DNA from: Alphaproteobacteria bacterium
GTDB lineage: Bacteria > Pseudomonadota > Alphaproteobacteria > UBA7985 > JAUIBT01
Assembly (NCBI GenBank): GCA_030432195.1
Contig: JAUIHE010000003.1
Coordinates: forward strand, 1 to 55,329
DNA length: 55,329 nt
Direction of reading: 5' to 3'
Shown here: positions 45,992 through 53,237 of the stretch, piece by piece
How positions within the stretch are numbered: position 1 is the stretch's first letter
How the letters are laid out: each line of letters opens with the position of its first letter
Program-made: the position numbers and the translations under genes
The notes under the pieces: generated by a model
Told to the model about the DNA's origin: nothing
The model's database searches: none
What the model saw: only the letters and a program-made list of their open reading frames with translations

Positions 45992-46837
45992 TCACTTGGG
46001 CATCGGCCCGGCGACCAGCGCCGGATCCACGCGAACGCCGTTATAGGTCACGCGCCAATCCAGATGCGGGCCCGTCGATCGTCCCGTTGATCCAACTGTG
46101 CCCAGCGCAAAGCCCTTGGGCACATAGTCCCCTTCAGAGACGTTGAAGGCCTTCATATGCAAAAACGCAGAATTTAGGCCGTATCCATGATCCAAGATCA
46201 AGGTTCCCCCTGAATAATAATTGTCGGTATGGATCAGCCGCACCACGCCATCGGCAGGCGCGCGGATCACGGTGCCAGCAGGCCGGGCAATATCCACGCC
46301 ATAGTGCGGGGTCTTGGGCGATCCATTCAAGACGCGCTGCGAGCCATAGACCCCCGAAATACGGCCGACCAACGGCCAGTCGAAACCAGAGTCGAACAGT
46401 GGATAGGGCGTCATGACCGCCCGCGCGGCCTTGATCTCGGCAACTTCGCGATCAATCCGGGCCTGCACATCGGCTTTGCGCGGAGGCGTCACCTTGGAAG
46501 GCGGCAGACCGTCGATACGCTGGATATCGAATTTGCGTTGCTTAACCTTAAGCGAAACGCTGTTGGTTTGCCCGTCTTTCAGGGTCTCGACCAGGGTGAC
46601 TTTGGCCGGTGTGTCACGCCCCAGCGCTATCAAGACCCGGCCGTCGGACAGAACGGGCACCGGCGTTCCGGCAACCGATACCTGCGCACCGGGTTGAGAT
46701 TGCGCCCAGATCAGCGCGCCTTGCTGGGCGGCGTCCGGCTGCAAAATGGTCAGGGCAGAGGCAGGGCCCGGCAGAGCCCAGCCCCAGAGAACCGCAACAG
46801 CCGAAAAGATCGTACCAGAAAGACCGAAAATGCGCAT
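45992..46837 (-). CDS. M23 family metallopeptidase (murein DD-endopeptidase-like)
   Basis: Start at ATG 46837 (signal peptide MRIFGLSGTIFSAVAVLWGWALPGPASA). HYGVDIA and GSTGRSTGPHLDWRV motifs. Confidence 0.85.
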   Translation of the reverse strand: MRIFGLSGTIFSAVAVLWGWALPGPASALTILQPDAAQQGALIWAQSQPGAQVSVAGTPVPVLSDGRVLIALGRDTPAKVTLVETLKDGQTNSVSLKVKQRKFDIQRIDGLPPSKVTPPRKADVQARIDREVAEIKAARAVMTPYPLFDSGFDWPLVGRISGVYGSQRVLNGSPKTPHYGVDIARPAGTVIRAPADGVVRLIHTDNYYSGGTLILDHGYGLNSAFLHMKAFNVSEGDYVPKGFALGTVGSTGRSTGPHLDWRVTYNGVRVDPALVAGPMPK

Positions 46838-46955
46838 GAGCGTCTCCAGAACGGGGCCCCAGATTGGTTGCCAAGTAAGGCGCCAGACCAAGACAAGAGG
46901 ACGGCAACGCCCGCCAGTTAGCGCCTGCCGCCCCGGCAATTACCCGAAACAGGCG

Positions 46956-48761
46956 CTAGAGCAACCAGCCCTGCTTGTCGTCGCTGTCCTTGGACTTGCC
47001 CGCGTCCTTTGCCGCCGGTTTGTTCCCCGTTTTTATACCAGACTTGTTGCTTGGCTTGCCGACTTTGGCCGCCACATCGCCAGCCGGAACCGCGGGAGTT
47101 TCTTGTGCTATAGCACCCGGCTGTGGCTGTCCTAAGGCAGGCTTTGAACGCGAGGTCTGCCCCTGATTGGCCGGCCCCTGACTAGCCGGCCCCTGACTAG
47201 CCGACCCCTGGCCTGCCGCTGGGCCATCACCGCCGCTGCCATCACCGCCGCTGCCATCACCATCGTCATTATCACTGCCATCGCCCAGCGCCTGCACCAA
47301 GCCCGCGCCGTCGGAAAACACCAAGCGCAGGCGCTGGCCCGCAGCCAACGCAGCGGCTTGCGTGACCAAGCTGCCGTCGAGGCGTTCCACCCGCGCATAG
47401 CCGCGTTCCAGCGCGCGCTTGTCAACGGCTTGATACGACGCCATCAACGCTGCCAACTGTGCAAGCCCCTGGCTCTCGCGCTTCAGATAGCGCCGCGCTG
47501 CTTGTCCTAGGCGTTGCGAGGCTTGCAAGCTGCGCCAATCGCCAACCGAGGCACGCATTTGGCCTTGGCAAGCCAAGCGCAAGCGCTCGAATCCCTGGAT
47601 CAAGCGCTCACCCGCAGCTCGAAGCGCCTCGCGCGGATGCACCAGTTTCAGCGCGAGCCGCTCGACGGCCTGGCTTTGGCCGACGATCAGCCGCTCAAGC
47701 CCGCGGTCCAGACGCTCGGCCATGGCATCGCTGCGCTGATAGGCCAAATCAAGCAAGTGATCGGGCTGACCCAGACCGCGCGCCAGTCCCTGCAAGGTAT
47801 CGCTTCGGCGACTTAAATGGCCCTGGCCGCCACGCCCAAGCCGGAGCCCCAAATCTTCGATTGCGAGCAGGAGTTCAGCGCGCACGGGTACCGCGCGCTC
47901 AGCAGCGCCCGTGGGGGTCGGCGCGCGCCAATCGGCGACAAAATCTGCCAGGGTGGTATCGGTCTCGTGCCCCACGGCCGAGATAACCGGCAGGCGGCTG
48001 GCAGCGATGGCGCGGACCACCACTTCTTCATTAAAGGCCCACAGATCTTCCAGGCTGCCACCGCCGCGGCCAACGATCAAAACCTCGGGGCGCAGGTCAT
48101 CGGGCAGGGCATTGAAGCCCGCTATCGCCGCCGCAATTTGCTCTGCCGCACCCTGCCCTTGCACTTTGACTGGCCACAAGCGCACTGGCCGGGCGAAGCG
48201 GTCAGCAATACGGTGCAGAATATCGCGAATGACGGCCCCGGTGGGCGAAGTCACCACGCCAATGGAACGGGGTAAGAAGGGCAGCGCTTGCTTACGCTCT
48301 TGATCGAATAGCCCCTCAGCGGCCAAGGCCTTTTTGCGCTCCTCCAACAGCTTGAGCAGGGCGCCTTCGCCCGCTGGCTCCATGGATTCAAGCACCAATT
48401 GGTATTTGGACGAGCCTGGGTAGGTTGTCAGGCGCCCCTGGGCAATGATCTCTAGCCCTTCTTCGGCGCGCGTGGACAGCTTAGCCACTTGGCCCTTCCA
48501 ACACACGACATCCAGCACCGCTTTTTCGTCTTTCAGCGTGAAATAGAGGTGGCCAGATCGGGCATAGGTCGGCCTTGAGATTTCGCCGCGCACCCGCACA
48601 AAGTCAAAGCTGGTCTCGACCGTGCGCTTGACCGCCAACGAAAGCTCACTGACCGAATATTCGGTGGCGTTTTGGTTGCGGCCGGTCGGCTCGCTCGCAG
48701 GGGGACGGTCGCTCGGACCGCCTGCGGATGATCCTGAAAATGCAAAGCGCGGTGTTGTCAT
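46956..48761 (-). CDS. xseA: Exodeoxyribonuclease VII large subunit with a C-terminal low-complexity extension of about 110 aa
   Basis: YSVSELSLAVKRTVETSFDFVRVRGEIS (OB fold) and VGRGGGSLEDLWAFN. The tail is DGSDNDDGDGSGGDGSGGDG...QGSASQGPASQGPANQG...KSKDSDDKQGWLL. Confidence 0.85.
   Translation of the reverse strand: MTTPRFAFSGSSAGGPSDRPPASEPTGRNQNATEYSVSELSLAVKRTVETSFDFVRVRGEISRPTYARSGHLYFTLKDEKAVLDVVCWKGQVAKLSTRAEEGLEIIAQGRLTTYPGSSKYQLVLESMEPAGEGALLKLLEERKKALAAEGLFDQERKQALPFLPRSIGVVTSPTGAVIRDILHRIADRFARPVRLWPVKVQGQGAAEQIAAAIAGFNALPDDLRPEVLIVGRGGGSLEDLWAFNEEVVVRAIAASRLPVISAVGHETDTTLADFVADWRAPTPTGAAERAVPVRAELLLAIEDLGLRLGRGGQGHLSRRSDTLQGLARGLGQPDHLLDLAYQRSDAMAERLDRGLERLIVGQSQAVERLALKLVHPREALRAAGERLIQGFERLRLACQGQMRASVGDWRSLQASQRLGQAARRYLKRESQGLAQLAALMASYQAVDKRALERGYARVERLDGSLVTQAAALAAGQRLRLVFSDGAGLVQALGDGSDNDDGDGSGGDGSGGDGPAAGQGSASQGPASQGPANQGQTSRSKPALGQPQPGAIAQETPAVPAGDVAAKVGKPSNKSGIKTGNKPAAKDAGKSKDSDDKQGWLL
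47158..47268. repeat. Two adjacent 15-nt tandem arrays in the xseA tail (ggcccctgactagcc family x4; ccatcaccgccgctg x3)
   Basis: 47158..47217 and 47224..47268 by direct reading. In frame on the minus strand (QGPAS and DGSGG pentapeptides). Confidence 0.85.
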
Positions 48762-49037
48762 GGCTTGGGTTTAGCCCATGCCAGCCAGCAGACAAAGCAT
48801 CTTATCCACGCCAAAACTGCTATTTCCCGGCAAGCAAGGGCGATTTCATAAGCTTTGCCGCCTTGTGGCAAAGCGGTCCCTTTTCTTGGCCCCGGCTTGT
48901 TGCTAATCAAGGCCGAAACACAAGCGGTGCCAGGCAAGGCAATGTCAGCCAAGGCAATCGCACTCTTTCCCCAAAAAGGCGGCGGTCCGACCTTGCGGCC
49001 AACCTGCCAAGAATCTGTAAGGATTCGTTGTTTCGAC

Positions 49038-50357
49038 ATGAATGTCCTGCTTATCGGCTCAGGTGGCCGCGAACACGCCCTGGCCTGGAAAATCGCCCAA
49101 TCGGCAAACTGCACGCGCCTCTATTGTGCGCCCGGAAACCCCGGCATGCTTGACATGCCCGCGCAAATGGGCGGCACCGATCTGCCAGAGCTGCCCAGCA
49201 ACTTTGCGCCTGTATCTCAGATTTCACTGACCGAGCAGGCCGATATTCTGGCCTTTTGCAGCGAACAAGCCATTGATCTTGTCGTAGTAGGGCCCGAGCA
49301 GCCCTTGGTCGAGGGGCTCGCCGACGCCCTTCGCGCGCAAGGGTTCCCGGTCTTCGGCCACAGTCAAGCCGCCGCAGAGCTGGAAGGCTCCAAGGCTTTT
49401 GCCAAGGCCATTATGGCCGAGGCGCAGGTACCGACAGCCGCCTATGGTGCTTTTGACGACCCGCAAGCTGCCAAGGCCTTCATTCGCGAGCAAGGCGCAC
49501 CCATCGTCGTTAAAGCCGATGGGCTGGCTGCGGGCAAAGGCGTGGTGGTGGCAGAGAGCCTGGACCAAGCCCTGGAAGCGGTTGACCGGCTCTACAAGCC
49601 CGGCGAGACCCTGGTCGTTGAAGCCTTCCTGACCGGCGAAGAAGCCTCTTATTTTGTGCTGGTTGATGGCGAGACCGTGCTGGCCTTCGGCTCAGCCCAA
49701 GACCACAAGCGCGTTGGAGAAGGCGATACCGGCGACAACACGGGCGGTATGGGTGCCTATACCCCCGCGCCAATCGTTACCGCAGATCGCGAACAAGACA
49801 TCCTCGATAACATCGCCAAACCCATCGCGCGCACCATGGCGGCCAAGGGCTGCCCCCTGACTGGGGTCTTATTTATCGGCCTGATGATCGACGAGACCAA
49901 ACCGCGGGCCGAACAGACCCAAGTGCTGGAATTCAACGTGCGTTTTGGCGATCCAGAATGCCAGGTTCTGATGCTGCGCCTGCAAAGCGATTTGCTGCCG
50001 CTGTTGGAAGCCGTCGCTACGGGCAAACTGGCTGAGGCGCCCGCGCCGCGCTGGCGTCCCGAATCGGCGATCACCGTTATCATGGCCAACCAGGGCTACC
50101 CCGGATCGTATGAAAAAGGCAGCCCCATCCAAGGCTTGACGGACTGCCCCGCGCTGGTTTTTCACGCGGGCACCGCAACGGACGATCAGGATGCAATCAT
50201 CGCCACCGGCGGTCGCGTCCTGGCCGTCAGTGCGGTGGCACCCGACCTCGCCCAGGCCCAAGCGCTGGCCTACCGCGGCTGCGCTGCCATTGATTGGCCC
50301 AAGGGTTTCTATCGCCGCGACATTGCATGGCGTGCACTCAAGCGCCCAGGCGCCTAG
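49038..50357 (+). CDS. purD: Phosphoribosylamine--glycine ligase
   Basis: Start at ATG 49038 (MNVLLIGSGGREHALAWKIAQS). ATP-grasp core. The track ORF start at 48855 is an upstream extension. Confidence 0.9.
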   Translation: MNVLLIGSGGREHALAWKIAQSANCTRLYCAPGNPGMLDMPAQMGGTDLPELPSNFAPVSQISLTEQADILAFCSEQAIDLVVVGPEQPLVEGLADALRAQGFPVFGHSQAAAELEGSKAFAKAIMAEAQVPTAAYGAFDDPQAAKAFIREQGAPIVVKADGLAAGKGVVVAESLDQALEAVDRLYKPGETLVVEAFLTGEEASYFVLVDGETVLAFGSAQDHKRVGEGDTGDNTGGMGAYTPAPIVTADREQDILDNIAKPIARTMAAKGCPLTGVLFIGLMIDETKPRAEQTQVLEFNVRFGDPECQVLMLRLQSDLLPLLEAVATGKLAEAPAPRWRPESAITVIMANQGYPGSYEKGSPIQGLTDCPALVFHAGTATDDQDAIIATGGRVLAVSAVAPDLAQAQALAYRGCAAIDWPKGFYRRDIAWRALKRPGA

Positions 50358-50486
50358 AACAGCCTCCACCCTTCACCGCGCGATGTCATGGCGGGACAAG
50401 AGCAGGGGCCTAGACGGCCCGCTGGTCCGCCATCGCGCTTAAACCCAAAGCTTCTTGCTCCAACGACCTGCACCAAAGAGACCAAC

Positions 50487-52019
50487 ATGATACCTCGCCG
50501 CGCGCTGCTCTCCGTATCCGATAAGTCAGGGCTGCTGCCCTTCGCCCGCTTCCTGGCGGAACAGGGCGTCGAGCTCTTGTCCACGGGTGGGACCGCCCGC
50601 CTTTTGAAAAGCGAAGGCCTGGCCGTAACAGAAGTTGCCGAGCACACTGGCCAGGCCGAAATCCTGGAGGGCCGGGTCAAGACCTTGCACCCCAAGATCC
50701 ACGGCGGCCTGTTGGGCGATCGCCGCAAGCCCGATCATGTTGAAACCATGCAGGCCGAAGGCATCGCCCCGATTGACCTGCTGGTCGTCAATCTCTACCC
50801 CTTCCGCCAGACCCTGGCCAGCGGCGCGGATTTTGATACTTGCGTTGAAAACATTGATATTGGCGGCCCTGCGATGCTGCGCGCGGCGGCCAAAAACCAC
50901 GCCAGCGTTGCTGTCATCGTGGACCCCAGCGACTACCAAGCCGTACAAGATGCTTGGCAAGACGCCGGATTGGGGGAGACCTTGCGCCGCGGCCTGGCAC
51001 GCAAGGCCTTTGCCCATACGGCAGCCTACGATTCGGATATCGCGCGCTGGTTGGCCCATCAAGATCAGGTCGATTTTCCAGAAGAATTTAGCCTTGCGGG
51101 CAAGCGCATCGCCACCCTGCGCTATGGCGAAAACCCGCACCAGGGCGCGGCTTGGTACGCCAGCGGTAGCCAGCCCGAAGGTTTGGCAGCGGCGACATTG
51201 GTGCAGGGCAAGCCGCTTTCCTACAACAATATCAACGATGCCGACGCCGCGTTGAACCTGGTCTCCGAATTCCGAGAGCCTGCGGTCGCCATCATCAAGC
51301 ACGCCAACCCCTGCGGCGTCGCCGTGGGCGCCAACTTGGTCGAAGCCTATCAGCAGGCTTATGCTTGCGATACGACCTCGGCCTTCGGCGGTATCGTCGC
51401 GGTGAACCGGCAGCTGGACGCAGAGACCGCTGCGCTCATTACCCAGATCTTCACCGAAGTCGTGGTGGCACCAAGCGTTAGCGATGAGGCCAAAGACCTG
51501 TTCACAGCCAAGAAAAACCTGCGCTTGCTAATTACCGGCGATCAGACCCCGGCCAGCGAGGCAAGCCTGGTCGTTAAGACCCTGCGCGGCGGTTTCTTGC
51601 TGCAAAACCGCGATCAAACCTGGGCGGACCCCGACCAGATCCATTGCGTTACCCAGCGCCAAGCCAGCGAAGCAGAAAGGGCCGATCTTGAGTTCGCCTT
51701 CAAAGTCGCCAAGCACGTAAAGTCCAATGCGATTGTATTGGTCAAAGACGGGCGCACCGTCGGAATCGGCGCGGGGCAGATGAGCCGCGTGGATGCTGCG
51801 CGCATTGCCACCTGGAAAGCAGGCGATGAGGCTCAAGGTTGCGTGTTGGCCTCAGATGCCTTCTTCCCCTTCGCTGACGGCATTCAAATGGCCATCGATG
51901 CAGGGGCTAAGGCGGTCATTCAACCCGGCGGGTCTATGCGGGACGATGAGGTCATTCAAGCGGCCAATGACGCGGGCTTGGCCATGCTGTTCACCGGCAT
52001 GCGCCACTTCAATCACTAG
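50487..52019 (+). CDS. purH: Bifunctional AICAR transformylase / IMP cyclohydrolase
   Basis: Start at ATG 50487 (MIPRRALLSVSDKSGLLPFARFL). TLHPKIHGG. C-terminal FTGMRHFNH. Confidence 0.9.
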   Translation: MIPRRALLSVSDKSGLLPFARFLAEQGVELLSTGGTARLLKSEGLAVTEVAEHTGQAEILEGRVKTLHPKIHGGLLGDRRKPDHVETMQAEGIAPIDLLVVNLYPFRQTLASGADFDTCVENIDIGGPAMLRAAAKNHASVAVIVDPSDYQAVQDAWQDAGLGETLRRGLARKAFAHTAAYDSDIARWLAHQDQVDFPEEFSLAGKRIATLRYGENPHQGAAWYASGSQPEGLAAATLVQGKPLSYNNINDADAALNLVSEFREPAVAIIKHANPCGVAVGANLVEAYQQAYACDTTSAFGGIVAVNRQLDAETAALITQIFTEVVVAPSVSDEAKDLFTAKKNLRLLITGDQTPASEASLVVKTLRGGFLLQNRDQTWADPDQIHCVTQRQASEAERADLEFAFKVAKHVKSNAIVLVKDGRTVGIGAGQMSRVDAARIATWKAGDEAQGCVLASDAFFPFADGIQMAIDAGAKAVIQPGGSMRDDEVIQAANDAGLAMLFTGMRHFNH

Positions 52020-52058
52020 CCACAGGCCAGCACCAGCCGACCGCACCGGTCTGCGGCC

Positions 52059-52177
52059 CTAGAGCGCGTTTCGTTGGCTTATCTTTACTGGGCGCGCTCG
52101 TTAAATTTGCTTGCGCCGCAAATGCACCTTGCCGATCTTTGGCGCAATGCAGGGCGGTTGCTTGGGCTTTGCGCCAG
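52059..52177 (+). repeat. Interspersed CTAGAGC-delimited element, family A copy (about 119 nt), 40 nt after the purH stop
   Basis: ctagagcgcgtttcgttggcttatctttactgggcgcgctcgttaaatttgcttgcgccgcaaatgcaccttgccgatctttggcgcaatgcagggcggttgcttggg.... Aligns without gaps to the other two A copies. Confidence 0.8.
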
Positions 52178-52270
52178 CGTGCAAGCAACCGATGTCGAGC
52201 CCGGCCGATCCGGCAAGGATTGTAGGCTGGGCGCCCTTGCAGGCAGACGAGATTGCCGACCGTCGATACG

Positions 52271-52316
52271 GAAAAAGAAAAGGCCCTCAGAACCGAATCT
52301 GGGGGCCTTTTTCTTT
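52271..52316. terminator. Bidirectional Rho-independent terminator (A-tract, 10-bp GC-rich stem, T-tract)
   Basis: gaaaaagaaaa-ggccctcaga-accgaa-tctgggggcc-tttttcttt. Can terminate the purH read-through (+) and the small minus-strand ORF. Confidence 0.8.
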
Positions 52317-52363
52317 AGGAAAACGGGAAATGGCATCAGAGACAGCCGACAACTTTTACACCC

Positions 52364-52489
52364 TTAGGATGATTTCTTATCCAAGGGTGGCAGCGGCGAT
52401 GAATAGGCCATGCGTTTTTCACGCTCTTTGACCGGATCCGTCCGCTTGCTGGCTGCACTCATGGCTTTCCATACGACTAAATAGCGCAC
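52364..52489 (-). CDS. Small basic hypothetical protein (41 codons), below the ORF-track length cutoff
   Basis: GTG at 52489 lies 6 nt after aaaggag, with an in-frame TAG just upstream. Reads (M)RYLVVWKAMSAASKRTDPVKEREKRMAYSSPLPPLDKKSS. A sigma70-like promoter lies upstream and the bidirectional terminator downstream. Confidence 0.5.
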   Translation of the reverse strand: MRYLVVWKAMSAASKRTDPVKEREKRMAYSSPLPPLDKKSS

Positions 52490-52519
52490 GATGTGCTCCT
52501 TTCTCTACAAGTTGATTCC

Positions 52520-52547
52520 AATATATGCACTAATTGCGTTTTGGCAA
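52520..52547 (-). promoter_or_regulatory. Sigma70-like promoter for the small minus-strand ORF (TTGCCA-N16-TATATT)
   Basis: Minus strand reads ttgcca aaacgcaattagtgca tatatt, about 30 nt upstream of the GTG. It sits in the lowest-GC stretch of this part of the window. A possible divergent TTGCAT-N17-TAAGCT (52555..52583, + strand) precedes the HTH gene. Direct repeats TTTTGGC occur at 52539..52545 and 52564..52570. Confidence 0.5.
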
Positions 52548-52644
52548 GAATTATTTGCATGATTTTGGCGGCAGGGCTAAGCTGAGGCCACCAATCCTAG
52601 TGCGCATCCGTCCCTCCAGATGCCTTTCTGACTCCCCGGGTAAA

Positions 52645-52974
52645 ATGAAGAAATCCAAGAAGCAAATCATGAGCGCGGAGGCCTTCAAAGCGTGGCGCCG
52701 CAAACTGGGACTCTCGCAAAAGGAAGCAGCCAAAGCCCTGGGCCTAAAACTGCGCATCATCCAGTACTACGAAAAAGGCGAGCGCGACGGTAAAGCGATC
52801 GTGATTCCGCGCAGCGTCCGGCTGGCGTGCCAGGCGCTGATTACCGGCATCCTGGACTACGACGGGCAAAACGTCATGGTATTGCCGGAGGGAAAGACCC
52901 TGGCATCAGCGCTCGGCAAAGAAAAGTCCGATAAGGACGAACGCGAAGACCGCGGGGAACTGGAAGAAGCCTAG
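52645..52974 (+). CDS. Small XRE/Cro-like helix-turn-helix DNA-binding protein with an acidic C-terminal tail
   Basis: MKKSKKQIMSAEAFKAWRRKLGLSQKEAAKALGLKLRIIQYYEKGERDGKAIVIPRSVRLAC... (HTH LSQKEAAKALGL..IQYYEKG). The start could also be ATG 52669. The track start at 52534 is an unlikely extension. Confidence 0.65.
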   Translation: MKKSKKQIMSAEAFKAWRRKLGLSQKEAAKALGLKLRIIQYYEKGERDGKAIVIPRSVRLACQALITGILDYDGQNVMVLPEGKTLASALGKEKSDKDEREDRGELEEA

Positions 52975-53013
52975 GCCACGCAGCGCGTCGCAACCGGAAG
53001 GCCCCCTCGGTTG

Positions 53014-53073
53014 GCGCCTGGGGTTAGCCCCTGGGATTAGGCCCTGGGAATAGGCCCTGGGAATAGGCCCTAG
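53014..53073. repeat. 13-nt tandem repeat, about 4.5 copies (gccctgggaatag family)
   Basis: gcgcctggggttag cccctgggattag gccctgggaatag gccctgggaatag gccctag. Lies between the HTH gene and secA. Each unit contains TAG. Confidence 0.85.
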
Positions 53074-53237
53074 TATCGCGGCCACACAATCACCGCTCGA
53101 AGCGTTTACAACGACCCAACGCGCGCCCTGGTCACTTGGTTCAATTGACAGGGCAGAGCTGCGCTCTTATGTGTTGGCGGCATTTCACATTCTATATTGG
53201 CTGCCATTGGCGCTAGATTACCCCCCTGAGGACCCCC

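Noticed and set aside
48802-48810. DnaA-box-like TTATCCACG in the xseA/purD divergent region
   Set aside because: It is a single 8/9 match with no cluster, no AT-rich unwinding element and no replication genes nearby. Expected by chance.
50358-50486. ZTP (pfl) riboswitch upstream of purH, and likewise upstream of purD (48762..49037)
   Set aside because: I looked for the conserved ACUGGCG / CCGCCUGGGC-type elements and did not find them. Only generic hairpins (atggcgg...ccgccat) are present.
52074-52367. 97-aa plus-strand ORF downstream of purH
   Set aside because: It starts inside the family A repeat element, runs through the bidirectional terminator hairpin, and has no SD. It is most likely a non-coding open frame, although its repeat-derived part is discussed in the findings.
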